Shown here piece after piece: positions 56,816 to 64,000 of a DNA stretch of 64,000 bases (the first letter of the stretch is position 1; every line of letters starts with the position of its first letter). The DNA lies in assembly GCA_016721005.1 (NCBI GenBank), contig JADKJM010000019.1, forward strand, positions 323,747 through 387,746, given 5' to 3'. A program made the translations under genes and the position numbers. The DNA comes from Flavobacteriales bacterium (lineage in GTDB: Bacteria; Bacteroidota; Bacteroidia; Flavobacteriales_F; PHOS-HE28). Under the pieces are notes generated by a model. The model saw only the letters and a list, made by a program, of their open reading frames with translations. It had not been told where the DNA came from and ran no database searches.

Positions 56816-57736
56816 ATGCTCCACGTGGAACACCGCGATTTCGAGTCGCTCACTTCGTGTCCGATCTGCAAAGCCGAAGACTTGGTGCAAGTCTCAAGTA
56901 TTCGGGATTTCAGCCATAGCCTTGAGACGTTTTTACTTGCTGATTGCGCAACTTGCGGTTGCCGTCTGACAAATCCTCGTCCCAAACAGAGCTTCATCCA
57001 TCGCTATTACTCCGGCCCGTCCTATATTAGCCATACAAATTCCCGTGCCTCCATTGCAGACCGCGTGTATCAGGTCGCTCGCCTGTGGACCCTTCGACGC
57101 AAATACCGTCTCATTCAACGCTTTCACAAAGGGGGGCATGTTCTGGATCTGGGGTGTGGAACTGGTGAGTTCTTAGGCTACTTGAAGAAGCGCGGATACC
57201 TAGTCGATGGGATTGAGATCAATTCGCGTGCTCGGGAATCTGCGCTCACCAACTATGGCGTTCGACCTCACTCGAACCTGGATGAATTGAACGCTGGTGT
57301 CGAGTTCCAAGTAATCACCCTGTGGCACGTTCTGGAACACCTGCCTGATCCGGGGTTGGTCCTGAAGCGCATCTTCGCTTTACTCAAAAGGGATGGGGTC
57401 GTGATCATCGCGGTACCCGACCGCGAAAGTTGGGATGCGCATCATTACGGTGAACATTGGGCTGCGTGGGACGTTCCCAGACACCTATATCACTTCCGAA
57501 GACAAGACATGGTTCGGCTCTTGGAGGAACACGGCTTCGTCCTACTAAGGACCAAGCCGATGTGGTTGGACGCTTTCTACGTGGCCATGCTTAGTGAAGG
57601 CTACGCGGGTGGGCGGCAACCGTGGATATGGGCACTGGGCTTCTTCAATGGATTTCGATCCAATCTGGCAGCCCTCATGTGCAAGGCGCCGACATCAAGC
57701 ATGCTATACATCGCGCAAAAGGGGAAGTCCTCATAG
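56816..57736 (+). CDS. Class I SAM-dependent methyltransferase with N-terminal Cys4 zinc-ribbon
   Basis: CPICKA…CATCGC zinc ribbon; …VLDLGCGTGEFLGYL (motif I); …GVVIIAVPD (post-I/II). Confidence 0.75.
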   Translation: MLHVEHRDFESLTSCPICKAEDLVQVSSIRDFSHSLETFLLADCATCGCRLTNPRPKQSFIHRYYSGPSYISHTNSRASIADRVYQVARLWTLRRKYRLIQRFHKGGHVLDLGCGTGEFLGYLKKRGYLVDGIEINSRARESALTNYGVRPHSNLDELNAGVEFQVITLWHVLEHLPDPGLVLKRIFALLKRDGVVIIAVPDRESWDAHHYGEHWAAWDVPRHLYHFRRQDMVRLLEEHGFVLLRTKPMWLDAFYVAMLSEGYAGGRQPWIWALGFFNGFRSNLAALMCKAPTSSMLYIAQKGKSS

Positions 57737-58004
57737 CGCCCATTTTTGGACCCATCCGCGCCTTTACCCTCATTGCGGAACCCGCTGCTCTCTCGAATGA
57801 GTTCGGCGCTCCCGGGACGATTCTGTGACGCTTCTTTAGCTTTGTTATACTAGGCTCACTTTCAACGTGTTATAAACTGACTTGCCGCCCAAACTGGCTC
57901 AATGCCTCATAATTCTTGATATAACCATTGGTGTGATCCCCTGCGCACAGCCCGCCGATGGCTCAGATTACCTTCGGCGTCTAAACCCGCCTTAACCTAA
58001 GAAA

Positions 58005-59567
58005 ATGTCCAGCATTGCCACACGTCCTACCACTCTCCAAGGTGCCATGTTGAAGCCACTCCGCATCGAACCCAACTCCAGCGGCGTTTCGACCGGGTCG
58101 GTGAGCCTTCGCGGAGAGGGTGTTCCGCTGGAAAGCATAAGCCCCGTGAATGGCATGCCGATCGGCAGCGTTCGAAGCGCGACAAGAGCTGAGTACGATG
58201 CCGCTGTGACAACTGCCGTTAATGCCTTCCAAGTTTGGCGCTCTTGGCCCGCCCCTAAACGCGGTGATGTGGTGAGACAATTCGGAGAAGAACTCCGAAT
58301 ACATAAAGTCCATCTGGGGCGGCTGGTTAGCTATGAGATGGGCAAAAGCCTACAGGAGGGTTTAGGAGAGGTTCAAGAAATGATCGACATCTGCGATTTC
58401 GCGGTTGGTCTATCACGACAACTCCACGGCCTGACCATGCACAGCGAGCGGCCGGACCACCGCATGTACGAGCAGTGGCACCCCTTGGGGGTCGTTGGTA
58501 TCATCACCGCCTTCAATTTTCCCGTCGCCGTTTGGGCTTGGAACACAGCATTGGCCTGGGTCTGCGGGAACACTTGCGTTTGGAAACCGAGTGAGAAGAC
58601 GCCCCTATGCAGCATCGCCTGCCAGAAGATCATCGCCGAGGTGTTCGCTCGGAACGGTGTCCCGGAGGGTGTTAGTGTGGTCATCAATGGAGGTCGCGAA
58701 GTAGGCGAGTGGTTGAGCAGCGATGAGCGTATTCCGCTGATTAGTGCAACGGGCAGCACGCGCATGGGTAAAGCAGTAGGAGCTGTTGTTGGTCAGCGCT
58801 TGGGTCGTTCACTCTTGGAGCTAGGGGGGAATAATGCGATCATCATCAGTGATAAGGCGGACCTGGATATGGCCTTGATCGGATGCGTCTTCGGCGCGGT
58901 AGGCACCGCCGGGCAGCGCTGCACATCGACCCGACGTTTGATCATACACAAGTCGGTGTATGACGACTTCAAGGCAAAGCTTGTTTCCGCCTACGGCCAA
59001 TTGCGCATCGGCGACCCCTTGGATCCAAAAAATCACGTGGGTCCACTTATCGATCACACAGCGGTAAAGGCCTTCCAGCATGCGCTCGAGGCGGGCAAGG
59101 AACAAGGGGGGCGATTACTTGTCGGCGGTGATGTTCTGACCGGCAAAAACTTCGAGAGCGGATGTTACGTGTCCCCGGCCATCGTGGAGGCTACCCCGGG
59201 AATGGCCATCGTCAAGGAGGAGACTTTCGCCCCGATCCTTTATCTTCTTCGATACAACGGAGATATCGCGGAGGCGATCGCCATTCAGAATAATGTGAGG
59301 CAAGGCCTTAGCAGTTCCATCATGACCAATGATCTCCGTGAAGCCGAACGCTTCTTGGGTCCTACGGGAAGTGATTGCGGTATCGCGAATGTGAACATCG
59401 GCACCAGCGGTGCGGAGATCGGAGGTGCATTCGGCGGCGAAAAGGAAACCGGGGGTGGCCGGGAGAGCGGGAGTGACGCATGGAAGGCCTACATGCGGAG
59501 ACAAACAACCACGATCAACCACGGAACAAATCTTCCGCTGGCCCAAGGGATCAAATTCGACCTATAG
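58005..59567 (+). CDS. Aldehyde dehydrogenase family protein (ALDH7/antiquitin-like, possibly piperideine-6-carboxylate dehydrogenase)
   Basis: 520 aa; …VWKPSEKTPL…, catalytic-Cys region …GTAGQRCTSTRRLIIHKSVYD…, …ELGGNNAII… (E-L-G-G-x motif). Confidence 0.8.
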   Translation: MSSIATRPTTLQGAMLKPLRIEPNSSGVSTGSVSLRGEGVPLESISPVNGMPIGSVRSATRAEYDAAVTTAVNAFQVWRSWPAPKRGDVVRQFGEELRIHKVHLGRLVSYEMGKSLQEGLGEVQEMIDICDFAVGLSRQLHGLTMHSERPDHRMYEQWHPLGVVGIITAFNFPVAVWAWNTALAWVCGNTCVWKPSEKTPLCSIACQKIIAEVFARNGVPEGVSVVINGGREVGEWLSSDERIPLISATGSTRMGKAVGAVVGQRLGRSLLELGGNNAIIISDKADLDMALIGCVFGAVGTAGQRCTSTRRLIIHKSVYDDFKAKLVSAYGQLRIGDPLDPKNHVGPLIDHTAVKAFQHALEAGKEQGGRLLVGGDVLTGKNFESGCYVSPAIVEATPGMAIVKEETFAPILYLLRYNGDIAEAIAIQNNVRQGLSSSIMTNDLREAERFLGPTGSDCGIANVNIGTSGAEIGGAFGGEKETGGGRESGSDAWKAYMRRQTTTINHGTNLPLAQGIKFDL

Positions 59568-59713
59568 ACACCGGGACTTCCTGTTGCTGGGTTCGCCCTG
59601 TGTAGAGGAGTCTGGTTCCGCGCTGGCCTCACAAGAGTCCGCGATGTGACCTATTCTGTCTGGTGCTGTGGCGTTGTCGCTTAAGTGGTCCGGCTATATT
59701 CGCCCGCCCTCGA

Positions 59714-60964
59714 ATGCGATCCTACATTCTGCCTGTATTGGTCCTACTTGCTTCTGTCACAGGTTGCAGCACTACCGATCGACCAACACCGCGTATTGGT
59801 GAGTGGCGAATGGAGCTCGACCTTGGGGGCAAAGTCCTTCCCTTCTCGTTCTCGCTGGATCGGGCGTCGGACTCGTTGTGGGTCGTGATCATTCATAACG
59901 GTGCGGAGCAGATCGCCGTGAGCGATGTGGTCATCGTTGACGACTCCATCTCGATCCGTATGCCCCTTTTCGATTCCGAGTTCATCGGGAAGTTCGCCAA
60001 TGACTCACTTATCAATGGGCGATGGTACAATCACCTGAAGGGACCCGACTACAGCCTTCCTTTCCGTGCCCTTGCCGGAGCTGCCCCTAGGTTTCCAATA
60101 GGGTCGTCAACGGGGTTTGTCAGCGGATCGTGGGAAACGCACTTCAGCCATGGAACTCCGGACGCGTACAATGCCATTGGCGTGTTCAATGCGGATACAA
60201 AGGGAGGGCTGACCGGGACGTTCCTGACCGAAACAGGAGACTATAGATACTTGGAGGGTGGCCTGCACAATGATTCGTTGCGCCTTTCATGTTTTGACGG
60301 TTCACACGCGTTCCTTTTCGAGGCAGCGTTGAATGGTGACTCGCTCATCGGTCGGTTCTGGAGCGGGTCACATTGGCAAGAACCATGGGTTGCGACCCGC
60401 AACGAAGAATACAAACTGCGGGATCCCGATTCACTGACCACGTTGCGCGAGGGATATGACATGATCGACTTCCGCTTTCCGGACACGGAGGGGAAGCTGG
60501 TATCCCGTAGGGACGAGCAATTTCGTGGACGCGTGTTGATGGTCCAGGTCATGGGAAGCTGGTGCCCCAATTGCGTGGACGAGACCCGACTTTTGCAAGA
60601 GGTCTACACCAAGTATCACGACCGCGGGCTGGAGATCATTTCGATCGCATTCGAAAAGCAGACTGACCAGGAGCGTGCGATCGAGGGTTTACAGCGATTC
60701 AAGACCGCACTTGATGTTCATTACCCGGTTCTGTACGGGGGGCTTGCTTCCAAGGAGGTGGCCAGTGCTAAACTGCCGTTCCTCGAACACCTTATGAGCT
60801 ATCCCACGTGCGTCTTCATTGATCGCGCCGGTAGGGTGCGGCGCATACGAACGGGCTTCTATGGACCCGGAACAGGGCAACACTACGAACACTACAAGCG
60901 CAATCTGATCGCCTTCCTGGAAGAGATGCTCAATGAGCATCCGGGGGCTGTGGCTCAGAAGTGA
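59714..60964 (+). CDS. TlpA-family thiol-disulfide oxidoreductase (thioredoxin-fold redoxin) lipoprotein with N-terminal beta domain
   Basis: Lipoprotein-like signal MRSYILPVLVLLASVTGCS; thioredoxin CxxC motif …MGSWCPNCVDE…. Confidence 0.75.
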   Translation: MRSYILPVLVLLASVTGCSTTDRPTPRIGEWRMELDLGGKVLPFSFSLDRASDSLWVVIIHNGAEQIAVSDVVIVDDSISIRMPLFDSEFIGKFANDSLINGRWYNHLKGPDYSLPFRALAGAAPRFPIGSSTGFVSGSWETHFSHGTPDAYNAIGVFNADTKGGLTGTFLTETGDYRYLEGGLHNDSLRLSCFDGSHAFLFEAALNGDSLIGRFWSGSHWQEPWVATRNEEYKLRDPDSLTTLREGYDMIDFRFPDTEGKLVSRRDEQFRGRVLMVQVMGSWCPNCVDETRLLQEVYTKYHDRGLEIISIAFEKQTDQERAIEGLQRFKTALDVHYPVLYGGLASKEVASAKLPFLEHLMSYPTCVFIDRAGRVRRIRTGFYGPGTGQHYEHYKRNLIAFLEEMLNEHPGAVAQK

Positions 60965-60969
60965 CCCGC

Positions 60970-62475
60970 CTATTTGATCGACTTGTCCACCACGATCCGC
61001 GACTCACGATTGGCGAGCCTCCATGCCGTGTGGAACACAAGGAGCGCGCGCTGGCGCAATAGGTCGAATCGGATCTTGTCCACATCGTCACCTGGCTGGT
61101 GGTAATCCTCGTGTACACCACTGAAGTAGAAGATGCACGGCACCCCTTTTCGCGCAAAGTTGTAGTGGTCACTGCGGTAGTAGAACCGGTTGGGGTCATC
61201 CTCCGCGTTGAACGTATAGTCCAACTGGAGGCCAACACTCCGGTTCGCGGTCTCATTCACTTCGTGCAATTCGCTGCTGAGCCGATCACTGCCAATGATG
61301 TACACATACGGCGCGCCTGTGCTATGTGCGCTGTCCACCCGCCCGATCATATCGATATTCAAGTCCGCTACCGTACTGGACAGCGGAAACACGGGGTGAT
61401 CGCTGTAATAGCGGGAGCCCAGCAGTCCTTTCTCCTCACCACTGACTGGCATGATGAGCACGCTTCGGCGCGGTCCTTGGCCGGCGGCCTTGGCCTTCGC
61501 AAACGCTTCCGCGATCTCCAATAGTGCGACCGTTCCGCTGCCATCATCATCCGCTCCGTTGTACACCACTCCATTCTCCACACCAATGTGATCGTAGTGC
61601 GCGGTGATGACCACCAACTCGTCCTTCTTGTCCGAACCCTCGATATAGGCCAATACATTCTCCGCGACAACGCGCTCTTCCTGCGGTCGCGAGCGCATCT
61701 CGAACGTCACCTTCATGATGTATCCCGGCTTCTTCTTCGCGATCCTTCTAACCCCCTTGCTTCCGATCAAGGAGTTCATCACCTGATCACTCACAAGGAC
61801 CAATTGTCCTGCGGGACCCGACTTCTTTGTAGTGTTCTGATCCGCCAATCGCATTCGTGAGCCGCCATGCACGAAGGCCTCGAAGTCGGCGAGTTCAGGA
61901 GTGCTGACCAGGATCAGGTTCGCGCCCCTCTTCCGAAGCTCCTCAACCCGGGTCCTGAGCTTACTGATCGCCTCTTCACCACGACCGATCGATCCGCCAT
62001 CCATCAGGATCGTTCGCCCCGTGATCGCGACTTTCCCAGATACCACCGACCCATCTCCCACATAGGTCATCTCGCTCACATTCAGATCCGAAGTGAGCGT
62101 GGTGTTGAAGTACACCAGGCCTTTCAACAAGCCATACACGTCATTGCCTGAGGCCAGCTCCAGCCCGCCGGCTTTCTCCTCGATCACCTCGTAGGGTTGG
62201 AAATAACCTTCTGTGATCCCCTTCGCTTCGCCATCCGGAACCGGTGGTATCCCCATTTCCTTGAATTGTTCTTTCAGGTAGGCGGCCGCCATTTTCTGGC
62301 CCTCCTTTCCAGTTTCCCTTCCAAGGAAAGTGTCACTGGCAAGCACTTTCAGGTGGGCCTCCAGTTCACTGGTTGTAATGGTGTTCGCGTACTGCACCGC
62401 GATCGTATCCACTTGCCCGGATACACCTGCCACGCTCAGTAGGAGCACAGCGAGGAATGAACCTCGTTCTAACAT
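60970..62475 (-). CDS. M28 family metallopeptidase (aminopeptidase with PA domain)
   Basis: Signal peptide. Zn-ligand motifs …ITAHYDHIG…, …GADDDGSGTVALLEIA…, …MPVSGEEKGLLGSRYY…, …DHYNF…HQPGDD. Confidence 0.8.
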   Translation of the reverse strand: MLERGSFLAVLLLSVAGVSGQVDTIAVQYANTITTSELEAHLKVLASDTFLGRETGKEGQKMAAAYLKEQFKEMGIPPVPDGEAKGITEGYFQPYEVIEEKAGGLELASGNDVYGLLKGLVYFNTTLTSDLNVSEMTYVGDGSVVSGKVAITGRTILMDGGSIGRGEEAISKLRTRVEELRKRGANLILVSTPELADFEAFVHGGSRMRLADQNTTKKSGPAGQLVLVSDQVMNSLIGSKGVRRIAKKKPGYIMKVTFEMRSRPQEERVVAENVLAYIEGSDKKDELVVITAHYDHIGVENGVVYNGADDDGSGTVALLEIAEAFAKAKAAGQGPRRSVLIMPVSGEEKGLLGSRYYSDHPVFPLSSTVADLNIDMIGRVDSAHSTGAPYVYIIGSDRLSSELHEVNETANRSVGLQLDYTFNAEDDPNRFYYRSDHYNFARKGVPCIFYFSGVHEDYHQPGDDVDKIRFDLLRQRALLVFHTAWRLANRESRIVVDKSIK

Positions 62476-62479
62476 GATA

Positions 62480-62920
62480 TCAGTTGGTGGTTTCGATCTT
62501 CTCTACCCGGCGCTGGTGTCGCCCACCCTCAAAGGTGGCAGCAAGGAATGCATCAAGGATCTTCCTAGCCTCGTCTTCCTTGATGAACCGCGCCGGCAAT
62601 GCCAACACGTTCGCGTTATTGTGCTCCCTTGCCAAGGAAGCGATATCCGGTCGCCATGCAAGCGCGGACCGAATGCCCACGTGCTTGTTGGCCGCCATAT
62701 TCACACCATTACCGCTACCACAAACCACCACTCCCAAGGTCGCCTCTCCACCAAGCACGGCCTGGGCCACTGCGTGCGCATGGTCCGGGTAGTCTACACT
62801 GGTCGGGTCATTGGTTCCTTCATCCAGGACCTTGAACCCCTTGTCTACCAAGTGCTTCTTCAGCACCTCCTTCAATTCAAATCCCGCGTGGTCGCTACCG
62901 ATCGCAATGGTCTCCGCCAT
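62480..62920 (-). CDS. rpiB: Ribose-5-phosphate isomerase B
   Basis: MAETIAIGSDHAGFELKE…GVVVCGSGNGV… (RpiB/LacAB family). Start at the ATG at 62920 (the ORF-track start is an upstream GTG). Confidence 0.85.
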   Translation of the reverse strand: MAETIAIGSDHAGFELKEVLKKHLVDKGFKVLDEGTNDPTSVDYPDHAHAVAQAVLGGEATLGVVVCGSGNGVNMAANKHVGIRSALAWRPDIASLAREHNNANVLALPARFIKEDEARKILDAFLAATFEGGRHQRRVEKIETTN

Positions 62921-62939
62921 GAGGCGAAGATACCTCACC

Positions 62940-63348
62940 GCTTGGGCACGATCCTATCAACGATCCACCTGTTCGATCCCTTCTTTCTCTGTGGATAATG
63001 AAGCACAACATTCCACCGCTGTTGATAACCCCATCCGCCATGATCGATCCGTCCGGAAAAACAAATCTTGTTATGTCCTTGATGTCGACAAGGATCCAAC
63101 CATCCAGGTCTTCGATCCATTGCTTGTATTATCAACATCCATCAGCCGACCCACTATTCAACGATCGTTCATTTCCCGGACGAAGTCCCGCCTCCCTAAG
63201 TAGGATCACTGCCTCGTTCCTGGATCGATCGTTGCTTGGGTGTGGACTAACTTTGATAACCCGATCGTGCAAGTCGATCCGCAACCGATCATGAACGGTT
63301 TCAACCGACCATTGTATTACTACATCAATATCTATTAAGGTTTAAGTA
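62940..63348. promoter_or_regulatory. AT-rich divergent intergenic region with clustered DnaA-box-like 9-mers and 14 GATC sites; candidate oriC or a dense regulatory region
   Basis: Perfect DnaA box TTATCCACA (complement, 62990..62998). One-mismatch boxes TTATCAACA at 63020..63028 (complement) and 63129..63137. 14 GATC occurrences in ~345 bp, mostly as (A/T)CGATCC. AT-rich tract 63311..63348. Confidence 0.4.
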
Positions 63349-64000
63349 ATGAAGAGGTTGGTGATGATCTGTGTGGTGCTGTTGTGTGTGGTTCGGCTTA
63401 CTGTTGCACAAGGGCAAGAGGACGGCTACACGAAGTACTACCACGCCAACGGTCTGGTGAGCAGTGAAGGAACACTGGTGGACGGAAAGCCGGAGGGTTG
63501 GTGGAAGACCTACTACGAGTCCGGGATCCTGAGATCGGAAGGCGGTCGGAAGCAGTTCCAATTGGACAGTCTCTGGAGGTTCTATTCCGCGAACGGAAAG
63601 CTACAGAGCGAGACCTACTACCGAGCGGATAGGAAGGAGGGAATGGCCAGAAGATTCGACACGACCGGAACCGTGCTGAGTGAAGAGAATTACGTGGCCG
63701 ATCTGCGCGAAGGTGTCGCGCACTATTTCCAGGAGAATGGTTCGCTGTACCAGGAGATCCCCTTCAAAGCGGGCAAGGAGGAGGGCTTGGGATACGAGTA
63801 TTCGCCGGATGGCCGGATCGTCTCGATCCTTCACTACGGCGCAGGGATGCTGCGCAAGCGGGAGGATATCAACCGGACCGATGTGATGGGTTTGAGACAA
63901 GGCACATGGAAGGAATTCCACCCCAACGGCAAGGTGCGGCTTGAGGGGAATTACGTGGATGACCGGAAGCAAGGGATCTTCAAGGAGTACGATGCGCTCG
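63349..64000 (+). CDS. MORN-repeat variant protein (YwqK-family-like), partial, continues past window end
   Basis: Signal peptide MKRLVMICVVLLCVVRLTVAQG, then repeated G-x-x-x-G-x-W-K/E-x-Y-Y/F-x-N-G-x-L motifs (DGKPEGWWKTYYESGILRSEG; REGVAHYFQENGSLYQE…). Not in the ORF track because it runs off the edge. Confidence 0.7.
   Translation, partial: MKRLVMICVVLLCVVRLTVAQGQEDGYTKYYHANGLVSSEGTLVDGKPEGWWKTYYESGILRSEGGRKQFQLDSLWRFYSANGKLQSETYYRADRKEGMARRFDTTGTVLSEENYVADLREGVAHYFQENGSLYQEIPFKAGKEEGLGYEYSPDGRIVSILHYGAGMLRKREDINRTDVMGLRQGTWKEFHPNGKVRLEGNYVDDRKQGIFKEYDAL

Noticed and set aside
57981-58313. 110-aa minus-strand ORF overlapping the ALDH N-terminus and intergenic region
   Set aside because: No features. 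The ALDH plus-strand frame is strongly supported through this region.

Overview
64 kb window from a high-GC, Bacteroidota-like genome (about 62-65% GC over the first ~53 kb, falling to ~53-57% after ~53.5 kb). Several genes carry T9SS C-terminal sorting domains; a PorZ-like propeller protein, a TPR-DUF4292-M23 cluster, a MORN/YwqK-type protein and a DUF4175-like giant coiled-coil protein are also present. About 46 genes are supported. The first 16.4 kb is one minus-strand gene (>5,470 codons in the window, C-terminus off-window). It encodes a giant secreted adhesin-like protein of ~57 tandem ~88-aa Ig-like repeats with a 792-bp (three-domain) higher-order repeat in its central ~8.5 kb. Next comes a multi-TM orphan sensor histidine kinase whose stop codon overlaps a ParE/RelE toxin-antitoxin pair. 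A small lower-GC islet follows with HicAB and a PIN/VapBC-like TA pair translationally fused to dut. The rest is housekeeping and envelope genes. These include a crotonase, a Wzx-like flippase, a nucleotidyltransferase, the TPR-DUF4292-M23 cluster, tatA preceded by a tatA-like N-terminal paralog, gatA, an MltD-like transglycosylase, oligopeptidase B-like S9, recO, tRNA-Cys, folB, gltX, ybeY, mnmG, rpiB, and M28 and TlpA proteins. A 1,142-bp IS630/Tc1-mariner-like element (frameshifted transposase, perfect 12-bp TIRs, TTA/TA direct repeat) sits inside the T9SS C-terminal sorting domain of a secreted-protein gene; removing it restores the reading frame exactly. Two paralogous T9SS cargo proteins (Cys-rich N-domain, PKD, C2-like motif, CTD) flank a GT2 glycosyltransferase and precede a DUF4175-like protein, an RsbW-like kinase and ybeY on one strand. 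The rpiB/MORN intergenic region carries a cluster of DnaA-box-like 9-mers and 14 GATC sites in ~345 bp with an AT-rich stretch (candidate oriC or regulatory hub). The ORF track uses ATG/GTG/TTG starts and omits ORFs that run off the window edge. Most long arginine-rich ORFs in it are wrong-frame artefacts of GC-rich DNA.
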